64,000 nt of DNA from the human T2T-CHM13v2.0 reference genome, Homo sapiens. The position numbers and the translations under genes are program-made. The notes under the pieces are model-generated. The model was not told the origin of the DNA and did no database searches. It worked only from the letters and a program-made list of their open reading frames with translations. This document shows, one piece after another, positions 1 to 19,973 of this stretch (positions are counted from its first letter, which is position 1; every line of letters begins with the position of its first letter). The DNA lies in NCBI RefSeq assembly GCF_009914755.1, contig NC_060933.1, one strand, 5' to 3'.

Positions 1-49
1 TAAAGGAAAGTTGAAAGAATATCATGAACACTTGTATATCCTTCATTTA

Positions 50-470
50 GTATGTCAGTCAAGGCCCATCAGAGAAGTAAAACCACTAGCATAAGCATAT
101 GTATGTATGTTTATATATACATACACACACATACATATTTTTTCAATTAAGAGATTTAGTACACAGAATTGCTCTTATTTGGTACAGAGAATTGCTCAAT
201 TATGCATTTGTGGGAGCAAGCTCAACAGTCTCTGAAAGGTGTTGTCTTTGCTTCTGCTGCTGGAGCTCGGATTCTGCAGGCCAGGCAGCCAGGAAGGGAA
301 GATGGGCAAAAGTGGGACAGAGCAAGGATAAGCCAGAACCCGTGAACATAGACTGGAACCCAAGTCAGTCTCTGCCCGCCTCCACCTTTGATGACGCGAA
401 TGTCCTGCCACAGAAGGTGTGCTTTTACCCACCATGCTCTGCTGCTACATGGGTATGCAAGCCCTGCTAG
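50..470. mobile_element. Degenerate ERVL-type LTR fragment (MLT2-like)
   Basis: Weak resemblance from memory to MLT2 consensus (gagattt...gaatt...tatgc..tgtgggagc...); boundaries approximate. Confidence 0.35.
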
Positions 471-688
471 TGCACAGTCCCAGCACATGGTAGCACTCAG
501 TAAGGAGAGCTAGATGTTCAGTTCCACTGATTATGTCAGCCCACTTTCTCCAATGACTTGAATTGTCATGTTTTTGTATATACAATCACCTTGTTTGGGA
601 TTCTCTGTTTTATTCCACTGACTAATTTTTCCCCTTTGCTTTATTCATTTGATTAAGTGGCCTTATGTTATCATATTTGGTAAAGTGA

Positions 689-5329
<4,641 letters not shown>

Positions 5330-6741
5330 TAGATTACTTTCACTTCCCTTCCTTTCTCCCATTTTTCCTCCCCACCTCTCCCTGCCTTAGACTTCTGGAA
5401 CACTTTTACCTTCCCCTTATCCCCACCGCCTGACTCCACAGTTTTAATGAGATAATTTAGTCCTTATTAGAATTTCCCTTATAGTGTGTTCCATCTGTTT
5501 CAAGAGTCCTTATTTAGCATATATGTTACACCTCATAAACAGACATGGTTCGTTGCTCCCCACTGGTTTCTTGCTTCTTCTCTTCCCCTGTCTTGAAGTC
5601 TGTGTTAGGATTCATTTGTTGTTTATTAGAGTCTCTTCTCAAAAGTATTTCTCAGATGAGGTACTCAGTGATTTTTGCAAATCTTTTTTTCTTCCTTGGC
5701 TGGGTATAGGTTGCAGGCCTTTTCTTTCATTAGCCCACATTCCATCTGGGGGTCTTTTAACTTTCAGGGTTGCAGATGAGAAAAAATAACTTGCTTTCTG
5801 CCTTAAAGTATGTAAGATTTCCTATATTCTTAGAGTTTTGGAATTTTTGCCTATATGTAGCTGAGTGTGTGTCTTTTCGTTTCAATTGGAGCTGGAATCA
5901 TTCTTTCTTCAGCTTAGAGAAATTTCATCTATTATTTAATTATGATCTCTCCTCTCTTGTTCCTTTTTCTCCTGGAACCCACAGCATTTGCAGGTTAAGT
6001 CTACTCTATCTGTTCCAGGCTTCTACCTTCTACCACATATTTGCAATTCTATATTTTTGTGCTAGATTTTGAGACTTTTTTTCTATTTAATTTTCTAGAC
6101 CTATTTTGGGGTTTCAGCAATGACTGTCCTCTCCTTTGATTTATCAATGGAAATTTTTAGTTCTGAGATCACATTTTCTAGTTCAAGGAAATCTTTTGTG
6201 TTTGAGCTTCACACATATCTCTTCCAGGCTCTCATTTTTTCTGTCAGGGATTCAGCTGTCTCTGCCAGCAGGTTCCTCTGCCCTCTGGTTTTTCTGCATT
6301 CTCCCAGCCTCAAGGGCTGAGAAATTAAATCCACCATTAGTTTTGCTGGGAGTTAAGACCCAGAAGAGTCATGATTGTCCTTGGGAAGCAGGCTGTCTCT
6401 GAGACTTGCTTTCTTCCTGAAAGTCCTTGCTTTTGGCTCTGAGGCTGTTTTCCAGAACTTGTCTATAAGGAATTCTCTCTGCTTGGAGCCCAGAGGAGCC
6501 CACTTAAAGTTTGTCACCTATAGCTGGAGTTGTCAGAGGGGGTGTGGAATGGAGAACCTCACTAGAGTTTCCTAGAATTCTCTTGCTCTAAGAGGTCTAA
6601 GTATCACTATTAACAAATAAAAAGTCACCAAAACACTTAAAGCCAGGAAGTGTTGAAAGTAGTTACCTCTGGGAACTATGACTGGGAGTAGGAATTGGAA
6701 TTGGGGGAGAGAGGTTTTTACTTTTATTTTTTCCCCTACGC

Positions 6742-6954
6742 TAGGATTTCTCACCCTCAGCACTATAAATTTTGGGTGAGAAATTCCTTATTGTGAGTAG
6801 CTGACCTGAGTTTTGTAGGTTGTTTAACAGCATCCTTGACCTCTTTCCACTACCACCCCCTCCCCAGTTGTGAAAACCAAAAATGTTTCCAGACATGCCC
6901 TAAATGTTTCCTGCAGGGGGTGGGGGCAAAGTCACCCCTGGTTGAGAACCACTG
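6742..6954. mobile_element. MER20 (hAT-Charlie) DNA transposon remnant
   Basis: tttctcaccctcagcacta...aaccaaaaatgtttccagacat...ccctggttgagaaccactg resembles MER20 consensus. Confidence 0.7.
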
Positions 6955-7482
6955 TTGTGTAGCCTTTGGTTCTATTTGACTTTTTTTTTAACCACGTGCA
7001 CATTATTTCTATAATTAAACATTTAACTGAGGTCACAAGACCGAAGAGGAAATATGAAGCTGTTATAAGGAACCAGAACAACTAAGTAGAGAATATACAG
7101 TAAAGGATAGGGAAGCAAGTTAGCAAAGTGGGAAGAAATGGAATATAAATAAAAGAAGTAGAAATGAAGAAATGAGAATCACTTAAATCTGTTCCCTCCT
7201 TGTAACAAAACCAAGCTGGAAGTTTAAACCCATCTTTGAGAGACTGCAGAGCAGGGCCAAAGATGGAGAGACCCTGGCCACATCGCTTCCAAAGACCCTC
7301 TTCACCTATAAGTAATTTCTTAAGAACTTTCTGGCCGGGCGCAGTGCCTCACGCCTGTAATCCCAGTACTTTGGGAGGCCTAGGCGGGTGGATCACGAGG
7401 TCAGAAATGAAGAGAGTATCTGAGTCTTGGAACTAGAGGAGCAGGATCCTGAAGTCCCACATAGTCCTGTCACTGAGGTCCC

Positions 7483-8006
7483 TGTCAGGCCTCTGAGCCC
7501 AAGAAAAGCCATTATATCCCCTGTGACCTGCACGGATACATCCAGATGGCCTGAAGCAACTGAAGATCCACAAAAGAAGTTAAAATAGCCAGTTCCTGCC
7601 TTAACTGATAACATTCCACCATTGTGATTTGTTTCTGCCCCACCCTAACTGATCAATTGACTTTGTGACAATACACCCTCCCCACCCTTGCGATAAGTAC
7701 TTTGTGATATTCCCCCACCCTTGTGAATGTACTTTGTACGATACACCCTCCCCACCCTTAAGAAGGTACTTTGTAATATTCTCCCCACGCTTGAGAACGT
7801 ACTTTGTAAGAAGATCTACCCCCTGCCCGCAAAAAATTGCTCCTAACTCTATCGCCTATCCCAAAACTATAAAAACTAATGATAATCCCATCACCCTTTG
7901 CTGACTCTCTATTCGGACTCAGCCCGCCTGCACCCAGGTGAAATAAACAGCCTTATTGCTCACACAAAGCCTGTTTGGTGGTCTCTTCACACAGACGTGC
8001 ATGGCA
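7483..8006 (+). mobile_element. HERV-H 5' LTR (LTR7 family, probably LTR7C-like)
   Basis: Starts TGTCAGGCCTCTGAGCCCAAG and ends ...CACAGACGTGCATGGCA; U3 tandem TACTTTGT...CCCACCCTT repeats; AATAAA at 7942-7947; followed by a PBS; preceded by TSD GTCCC at 7478-7482. Confidence 0.9.
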
Positions 8007-8566
8007 TTTGGTGCTGAAGACCCGGGACAGGAGGACTCCTTCGGGAGGCGGGTCCCCTGTCCTCGCCCTAACTCTGTGAGGAGATCCACCTACAACCTCG
8101 GGTCCTCAGACCAACCAGCCCAAGGAACATCTCACCAATTTCAAATTGGGTAAGCGGTCTTTTCACTCTCTTCTCCAGCCTCTCTTGCTACCCTTCAATC
8201 TCCCTCTCTTGCTACCCTTCAATCTCCCTGTCCTTCCAATTCCAGTTCTTTTTCCTCTCTAGTAGAGACAAAGGAGACACATTTTATCTGTGGACCCAAA
8301 ACTCCGGCGCTGGTCATGGACTCAGGAAGACAGCCTTCCCTTGGTGTCTAATCACTGCGGGGATGCCTGCCTGATTATTCACCCACATTTCATTGGTGTC
8401 TGATCACCACGGGGATGCCTGCCTTGGTCATTCACCCACATTCCCTTGGTGGCAAGTCAATTGTGGGGACGCCTGCTTTGGCTGCTCACCCACATTGCAG
8501 CCCAGGGCTGCTCATCACCCCCTGCTCCGTGTCTCTACCTTTCTCTTTAAACTTACCTCCTTCACT

Positions 8567-9690
8567 ATGGGCAACCTTCCACCCTCGATTCCCCCATCTT
8601 TTCCCTTAGCCTGTGTTCTTGAAAACCCCTTCAACTCACACCTGACCTAAAACCTAAATGCCTTATTTTCTTCTGCAATACCACTTGGCCCCAATACAAA
8701 CTCGAAAATAGTTCCAAGTGGCCAGAGAACGGCACTGTCAATTTGTCTATCCTACAAGACCTAGATAATTTTTGTCGAAAAATGGGCAAATGGTCGGAGG
8801 TGCCGTACATCCGGGCGTCTTTCACACTTCATTCTCTCCCTAGTCTCTGTTCCCAATGCGACTTGTCCCAAATCCTCCTTCTTTCCCTCCCACCTGTCCC
8901 TTCAGTCCCAACCCCAAGTGTTGCTGGGTCTTTTGAATCTTCCTTTTCTACCGACCCATCTGACCTCTCCCCTCCTCCCCAGACTGCTCCTCCTCAGGTC
9001 GCTCCCCACCAGGCTGAATCAGGCTCCAGCTCCTCTTCAGCCTCCGCTCCCCCACCCTATAACCCTTCTATCACCTCCCCTCCTCACACCCAGTCTGGCT
9101 TACAGTTTTGTTCTGCAACTAGCTCTCCCCAACCTGCCCAACAATTTCCTCTTAGAGAAGTGGCTGGAGCTGAAGGCATAGTCTGGGTACATGCGCCTTT
9201 TTCTGTATCAGACTTTTCCCAAATCAGCCAGTGTTTGGGCTCTTTCTCATCAGACCCCACTAAATATATACAGGAATTCCGATATCTAACTCTGTCCTGC
9301 AAGTTAACCTGCAGTGACTTAAATGTCATCCTGACTTCCACCCTCTCCCCAGATGAACAGGAAAGAGTTTTTTCTCTAGCCCAGTCTCACGCTGACAACC
9401 GCCGGCTTCATGAGCCAGGCCTCCAGGAAGGCATCAGAGCAGTTACCCGAGAGGACCCCCAAAGGAACTATCAGGCAGATTCCCCAGGTATAGCTAGGCG
9501 AGATTACATGATTTCCTGCCTAGTTGAAGGGCTTAAAAAGGCAGCACACAAAGCTGTTAATTCTGACAAGCTAAAGGAAACTACCCAAGGTAAAGGCGAA
9601 AACCCAGCCCAGTTCCTGGCCCGCTTGGCAGCAACCCTTAGACGCTTTACCGCCCTAGACCCAGAGGGGCCGGAAGGCCGCCTTATTCTT
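8567..9690 (+). pseudogene. HERV-H gag, 5' part (MA/CA), frameshifted near the N-terminus
   Basis: ATG at 8567 gives MGNLPPSIPP; the long ORF 8743.. contains PPPY and the MHR-like TTQGKGENPAQFLARL; it breaks at GRLIL where the insert's poly-T begins. Confidence 0.85.
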
Positions 9691-10811
9691 TTTTTTTTTT
9701 TTTAGATGTATTTTACTTTTATTTTTTTAATCTTTGGGCACAAAGATTTGACACATTATTTCAAAAGAATACAACTACTCATCCAGTGGGAATAAATTCA
9801 ACAAACATTAATTGATGAGCAAAGTACTGGCTTTAAAAAAATAAACTAAGTAAATTTTTTTTCCCTTGGGTAATAAAATAATAATAAAAGAAGAGACATT
9901 GGGTTAAGCACCCTTAGGGCAAAATAAAAATGCAATTGGTTTCTCAAAAACTTGCTTTTGACATCTCAAAAAAAGTCATGCTAGGGAAATGAGCTAAGAA
10001 AGCACATTGTTATTTGTACGTGGTAGTGTGACATCCTTGCCATGTTGAAGGTAAGACCATCTAAAGGTCAAGACAGTACACAGAGACTATAAAAACAAAA
10101 TTGAAATAAAAAGCAGGATAATAAAATGAAAGGAAAAGTAGAAACTGCCAGAAAGAAGCAGAAGCAGCACAACTGTCAAGGAGACAGTGTAAATTCAGAT
10201 GCCATCAAGCTTTACCACAAAGAGATAAAGGAAAAGGCCAATTTTGATGACAAATGACAAAGTGTAACATCCAAAGAGAAATGGAGAAAAAAGAGGTCAT
10301 CTGTCCTCCTGTGAACATTTGAATAGTTCTCAGATACACTTAGTTTGAGCAGAATTATGTGATTACTGAGTTCTTCCCTCTCTGCTTGGCAAAAATGATG
10401 GAAGTCTTGTCTCCAATTTTAACCCTATTTGCCTTTTTGCAACAATATGGCAGGTTGTTTACATGCTGGCTGGGGAAAGGGAAACTAAGAGTAAAAACCA
10501 ACCAGTTGTTACTTTGCAAAATGGAAATGTAACTCTGAGGATTAAGCAATCTTGACTGCTAACAAAATTAATTCCTGAACACCATGAAAAAGGAAAAAAT
10601 ACATAGAAATTGATATTTTAAACGTTAAATATTCAGCAGTTTCTCTTATTTGGCAAAATCTTTTTGAAGCAAAGCTGATCTCATTTTGGTTTAGATCACA
10701 TCAAAGAATTTCCACCAAAAATGACTGAATTATTGCTATTTACTAAAATGGTTTTCATTCTGTGACATTTTTCTGTTTCAACCAAAATTGGTGTACTAAA
10801 AGCCATTTCTG

Positions 10812-10968
10812 GCACTGACCATCTACAGTTAGTGCAGACTCCATAAGTTAAGGGCTTAATCCTTCACAAATCTTCTCTTCAGATTCCAGCTGTACTTTGG
10901 GGGTCCCCAGGTCACCCACACTTCTGAACAACTAGCTATAAATTTGGTGATTCCCATGACCCTGTTAG
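10812..10968 (+). mobile_element. MER21-like LTR fragment inside the transduced segment
   Basis: ttaagggct...ttcagat...ggtcacccacacttctga...ctataaat...ttcccatgaccc resembles MER21 consensus from memory. Confidence 0.5.
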
Positions 10969-11734
<766 letters not shown>

Positions 11735-11744
11735 GTGCCCTCTC

Positions 11745-12030
11745 TCAACAGGAAAACCCAAGTGCTGTTGGGGAGGTTGGCTGATGACCGCTGTAACTGC
11801 TTCCTGCTGAATTGGGGCATAGTAGGGGTTGCACAGTTGAGATTTCCTCGGGGGGGGTGCCTTCGATGTCATTAACATCGGAGCATGGGCTAGCAGGCTG
11901 GTCCAGGGGTCTGTGGTGGATCTTAGTCATGGACTGCATCTGGGGCTCCATTTGAAGAACCATTTGTAGTTTTACAGTTTCAATTCTGGAAGAGACAAAC
12001 TTAACAAGGAGGTTAAAGATACAGGGATTG
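11745..12030 (-). pseudogene. HERV-W env C-terminal fragment (end of TM and cytoplasmic tail)
   Basis: Translates to ...KFVSSRIETVKLQMVLQMEPQMQSMTKIHHRPLDQPASPCSDVNDIEGTPPEEIS..., homologous to the syncytin-1/MSRV tail. Confidence 0.88.
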
Positions 12031-12049
12031 AAATGTATGGCCTGCAGTG

Positions 12050-13491
12050 CAGGGAATTACTTCTTTGGCACACTTTACAGGCCCTGACTATCTGCTTGAT
12101 AGTTTTGAAAGACCTGGTCCAGTAAATAATAATTTGGCCATCTGATGGGTGCTATCAATGCCTAAGTGAAAGATTTGGTGAAGGGTTTAAAGTAATTTCC
12201 ATTGGTTAGCTGCAGGCATAAGTATTTTTCCTTCTTCGGTGGCTAGCCATCTTGAGGAGAGGAAACTATGTCTTCTTGAGGTTCCTCATTCTATTTCTTC
12301 TTCTGAGTACTGGGGCTTGGTTTCCTGGAGGGGATTACCTCATACTAGGGGTCCTTCTATAAGCATTTCTAATGGAGGGTCCTGCCTTGTGGCTCTTTTG
12401 GCTTCAATATCTGCTTGGCGGTTCCCTTCTATTTCCCTTTCCTTTCCTTTGTGGTGACCCCGGCAGTGTAAGACTGTCACCTCTTTAGGTTTCTGTACAG
12501 CCAATAGTAATCTCCTAATGGCTTCCAGATGTTTGATAGGTGTTTCCTTGGAAGTTAGGAATTCCCTTTCTCTCCATACTGCTGCATGGGCATGGAGGAC
12601 TAGGTGAGCATACTTAGAGTCTGTATATATATTTACCCTTTTCCCTTCTCCTAATTCTAGTTCCCGAGTGAGGGCTATTAGTTCTGCCAGCTGAGCACTA
12701 GTTCCTGGAGTGAGGGGATTACTTTCAAGTATTCCATTATCACTGACCACTGCATACCCTGCTTTTCAAAGCCCTTTTTCTACAAAGGAACTTCCATCAG
12801 TATACAAGTTGAGGTCGGGATCAGTCACGGGAACCTCTAAAAGGTCCCCTCTAGCGGCACTGGTTTGAGCAATTACTTGTTGACAGTTATGTTCTATCTT
12901 TTCTTCATTGTCTGGAAGAAATGTGGCTGGGTTAAGAGTTGCACAAGTGCACAGTCGCAGCACTGGCCCTTCAAGTAATACAGCTTGATATTTAAGTAAA
13001 TGGTTGTCTGACAGCCACAAGTCTCCTTTAGCAGTGAGTATGCTGTTTACATCATGAGATGGCCACACAGTAAGATCACCTGTATTATTTTAACTGCTTC
13101 AGATACTAAGACTGCTACTGCTGCCACTATCCGTAAACAATGGGGCCAACCCTTTACCACTCCATCAATTTCCTTACTCAGGTATGCCACGTGTTGCAAG
13201 CTCATCCCTCGGACCTGTGTAAGGACTCCTAGAGCTATTCCTGTTTCTTCTGTGACATATAAAGAAAAGTCTTGCCCCATTGGCAAGCTTAACACTGGGG
13301 CTTGGGTTAGGGCCTTCTTTAGGGCCTGGAAAGCCGCTTCTGCTTCAGGTGTCCATCTTACTAAATGGGTATTGGCTTTCTGAGTTTCCTTAATTAGTGT
13401 ATATAATGGCCTGGCTATTTCGCTGTACCTGGGAATCCATATTCGGCAGAAGCCTGTTATGCCAAGGAACCCTCTTAGTTGCTTTTGGGTT
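12050..13491 (-). pseudogene. HERV-W pol fragment (RT C-terminus/connection, RNase H, integrase N-terminus), disrupted
   Basis: ORF track pieces QLRGFLGITGFCRIWIP, LYTDGSSF, SAQLAELIAL, NIYTDSKYA and GNRQAD lie in shifting frames. Confidence 0.9.
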
Positions 13492-13505
13492 GCCGCCTTA
13501 TTCTT

Positions 13506-13990
13506 AATATGCATTTTATCACCCAATCTGCTCCTGATATTAGGAAAAAACTCCAACAATTGGATTCCGGCCCTCAAACCCCACAACAGGACTTAATTAA
13601 CCTTGCCTTCAAGGTGTACAATAATAGAGAAGAGGCAGCCAAGTGACAAGGCATCTCTGAGTTACAGCTACTCGCCTCTGCTGTAAGACAACCCACAACC
13701 ACGTCTCCAGCACACAAAAACTTCAGAACATCCAAGCCACAGTTCCCAGGGGCTCCTTCAAAACCTCCTCGTGGACCTGGCTTCAAATGCCAAAAGCCTG
13801 GCCACTGGGCCTGAGAATGCCCACAGCTCGGGATTCCTCCTAGGCCGTGCCCTGTCTGTGTGGGCCCCCACTGGAGGTTGGACTGTCCGACTCACATCGC
13901 CACCATTCCTAAAGCTCCTGGAGCTCAAACCCAACGTTCCTTGGCTGACTCCTTCCCACATCTGCTCGGCTTAGCAGCTGAAGACCGACA
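13506..13990 (+). pseudogene. HERV-H gag, 3' part (CA end, NC zinc knuckles) with stops
   Basis: Resumes NMHFITQSAPDIRKKLQ immediately after the TSD; knuckle remnants FKCQKPGHWA*ECP and CPVCVGPHWRLDCP. Confidence 0.85.
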
Positions 13991-14359
13991 CTGCCCAATC
14001 GCCTTGGAAGCCCCCTGGACCATCACAGACGCGCGTGACAGTCCCCAGCACTGCAGAGATCTGAGATCCAATAACAGTCTGCAGAGGTCTACTCACACCA
14101 TAGCCACTGCTCTGGGATTCCCATTCCATTTAGGCCTCCTGATTGCCCCATGTGTCCTTACAATAAACAACGCTTCACTTAAAGACTTGATTCCTTACAA
14201 ACAAAGGCCTGGTAGACTAAGCGCACCGAGTCAAAGAGATGGCCCCCAACTATGTGTTCCCAGTACTAGATTGACTTCTTAGTGCCACACGTTAAGGATC
14301 AAGCCGAAAGGGAGTGATGAGTAAGCTGCAAATAAAGTCTGTAAAAGAACTATAGAAGG

Positions 14360-16902
<2,543 letters not shown>

Positions 16903-17379
16903 TCAATGTGTCCCTATCCTCCTAGCTAGGCTTTAAGAAAGAGGAGGGACAGCTGGGGCCCTAGGAGCTCCCCCTGAGGGTCTGTCCCTGGGAACGGGGC
17001 GCTAGGACGGGCACTCCTTCTGGCTGGAATGCTACGCCGGTGAGGGAAAGGAGTCCACTAGGGAAGTACCTGGAGGTGGAGACGGGGAGAGAAATCACAG
17101 GTATTTGTGAGTCGATCAGCTAGAGGGTGTGGCAAGGGGGGGCCCCTCGGAAGATGTCTTAAGTTCCAGGTTCAGGAATCAATAGGGAAACTGCCCAGTC
17201 CTTGTGTTCAGGGCTGAGGGCCTCGGTGACGGAGACGAGGTAAGAAAACGGAACGGCTGTACAGGAGAAGACAGAGAATCCGGGCTGGGGGACGGAAAAC
17301 AAAGTTCAAATCATACCCCGCTACAGTCACATATGAAAAATAAAATTGTTTTACAGAAACTCAGTTTACAAACGACTGC

Positions 17380-18000
17380 TTGGGAGCAGTCATGTCACCC
17401 AGTCCAGAGGGAGCCGGTCAGCTGCGTTCCGCGAACTTGGGAGGCGACTGCTGGGGTAGCGGCGGGGCCCTCACTGCGCGTCGTCAGGGACCAGACCCTG
17501 GGGTGGCCCCGAAGCGTCGAGACTACAACTCCCGGGATGCCGCGGGCCAGGCTGCATCCCGCCTGCGCAGAAGTGGTGGCAACTCCGCCCCTCGCCAGGC
17601 GGCGGCGCTGCGGACTCAGTCCTAAGCGGGCGAAGGCGGCGAGCGCCGTGGGTCTGGGCGGGCCAGGAGAACCGGGTGCTTCGAGGAGATCTGCGGGCTG
17701 GGTTGGGGGCGTTTGAGCCCTTGGCTTGTCCCAGTGGGTAGGCGGGACTCCAACCCCCGCCTCCTCCAGGGTAAAGCTCTCACGTCCACCTGGCGCGACG
17801 CTGAGCCATCTTCAGAAGCACCGCAGCCCTCAGAACCCCACATCCCGCTGCCGGTGGTTCCCCGCATCCGGTGTCCGCCCCCGAAGCCTCCCTCCCTCCC
17901 TCCTCCGCATCCCCAGCTACCTGCCCTTAACCGCGACCTGGGCCTCTCCTGGGGAGGCCCAGGGTGGGGTCCTCAGAGGTCCAGGGACCCAGGGGCATTT
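17380..18000. promoter_or_regulatory. CpG island / putative promoter with a ZNF143-THAP11 motif
   Basis: High GC and CpG density; ACTACAACTCCCGGGATGCC at 17522-17541; GC boxes. Confidence 0.7.
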
Positions 18001-18318
18001 GTGGGGTCTGTAGGGGGGTGGGCTTAAGGGAAGGGTGGTCCCTTTCAAATTGGGACCACCAGGCAGGAATCAGGCGCACGGGTTCCTCCTCTGTGGCTTC
18101 CTGTGGCACTCCAAGTGGGAAGAAGAGAAGCTTGGAAGTGAAAGCCTCAGCTTCTCCTTTCTTCAGCCCCTCAAGCCTCAGAAAGATCTGTCAAGCGCGG
18201 CCCGCCTCTACAGAGGCCCTGGGGAGATGGTCTAGACCTTGAAATATCCTAGAAGAGGTTTGACAGGTTGGAGCTTTTGCTAGACAGATGGATCACAGAT
18301 GGGCTTAAGGGGTGGAGG

Positions 18319-18331
18319 GTGTGTGTGTGTT

Positions 18332-18362
<31 letters not shown>
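18319..18362. repeat. Compound (GT)n(GA)n microsatellite
   Basis: Read directly from the sequence. Confidence 0.9.
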
Positions 18363-18366
<4 letters not shown>

Positions 18367-19967
18367 CAGGTGAGGAAGGTGATGAGCTGAAACCAACTTG
18401 GAGCTATGCTGTATTATGATGATGAGGATTTGGGTTGGGGGGTGTTACAGGCTCTAACCAGAAATCTGGAAGATGTGATAGGTGGGGCCTTTAAAAAAAA
18501 AAAAAAACCCTAAACATCTCTTTGTAATCCATCCCTCCTCTGCATCCCTACCGCTACTGCCGCCATCCCCTCTCACTCAAATCTTGCAATAGCCTTTGAA
18601 AGGCGCCGCCTGACTCCAGACTGCTGACCACTAGATCAGCACAGCAGCCAGTGGAGTTAGAGCCTTTAGCTCACTGTGTTCATCCCTCGCTTAAAACTTT
18701 CAGTGACTCCCTTTCACCTCCCCTGCAGGATAAAGCCCAAGCTCCTTGGCATGACTTATGGGCGCAGTGTGATCTGGCTCTGTCTGCCCCTCCAGCCTCA
18801 TCTTACCATTGCCCCCATCTCACTCTACCCTCCGCTGTGCCTAATGCACTTCTGCCAGGTCCTCTGAATAAGCCTCTCCTTTGCCTGTGGTTCCCTTTGC
18901 CTTGGAGCATTTTCTGTCCTTCGCTTCTCCTGGCAGATTCCTACTATGTGTCATGTCTCTACCTAGAAGTCACTTCACCTATGAGCTCCCATAGAGGATC
19001 CTGTATTTCTCTTATTTTAATAATGCCTAGCATTATTGAGCATTTATTGTCTAAGTGCTTTACAAATGGTAACTCATTCAGCCTCACAACCACCTTTTTT
19101 TGAAGTAAACACCGTTAATATCCTCTCAATCTTACAGATTCAGAAACCGAGGCACAGTTGCCCAAGAACACACAGCTGGTAAGTGGTAGACATGGAATTT
19201 GAATGCAGGCAGTCCGGCTCCTGAGCCCAGAGTCCTAATCTCTGTGCCAACTGGCTGATGTAGCATGCTATATGGGGTAGGAGGCTGGGGTTAAGAATCA
19301 GCAGGTGATGGGTGGACAGGCAGGACAAATTAGATGGGGATTAAAATGAAAGTGGTGACAAGCAAAACTGTTGCCAAGACTGCAGGTGACAACTGAGAGA
19401 GTGAAGGCCAGGCACGGTGGCTCATGCCTGTAATCCCAGCACTTTGGGAGGCCAGAGTGGGAGAGAGTGAGTGGAGATGGACCGCTGCCATAGTGATGGG
19501 GTAAGGAGAAGGCCTCTAGGGGTATACGATGACTAAGTGCAGATAAGGCTACTGATGTCAAAACAGGGGTATAGGTGGGACTCATAGCGGACAGACGGAG
19601 GTCAGATTGGGGGACTTGATGAAGGAACCAGGCTGGCAGGTTGTGGAGGTGATGGCAGTTATAGAGGTCAAGGGGAGAGTAGCTCAGGACTGTGAGCTTG
19701 CAGCCCCAGGGGGAATGCAGTGGCTCTGAGTGCAGATCCCAGGGGTGTTCTAGCAGCAGCAACAGCAGCTGAGGAGCTGGGCTCTGGCCCTCCACCCCGG
19801 TGCCCACCTCTGCACTGTTGATGCCGCAGCCCCTCTTGGCCCCTCATCCCCAGCTAGGCACCCCCAGAAAGAGCTCCGTGCAGACAGCAAAGCTCACACC
19901 CCCATCTGCAGGGCCCTTTGCAAGTCTTCAGCCTTCTAGGTAAAAATCTAAACACTTTTTGGAAAGT

Positions 19968-19973
19968 TTTATT
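19968..19973 (-). terminator. SIT1: SIT1 poly(A) signal AATAAA
   Basis: TTTATT on the + strand about 530 nt past the SIT1 stop. Confidence 0.7.

Noticed and set aside
7661-7810. Regularly spaced TACTTTGT repeats with 30-40 bp period, superficially CRISPR-like
   Set aside because: The intervening sequences are themselves similar to each other. These are HERV-H LTR U3 tandem repeats in a human context, with no cas genes.
11745-11963. Syncytin-like ORF
   Set aside because: It is only the env tail and retains LQMV; it is not ERVW-1 and cannot encode an envelope.
13047-13586. 179-aa minus-strand ORF with an RT-like segment
   Set aside because: It is a chance in-frame fusion of antisense HERV-H gag with the truncated HERV-W pol across the insertion junction, and it lacks the RT catalytic core.
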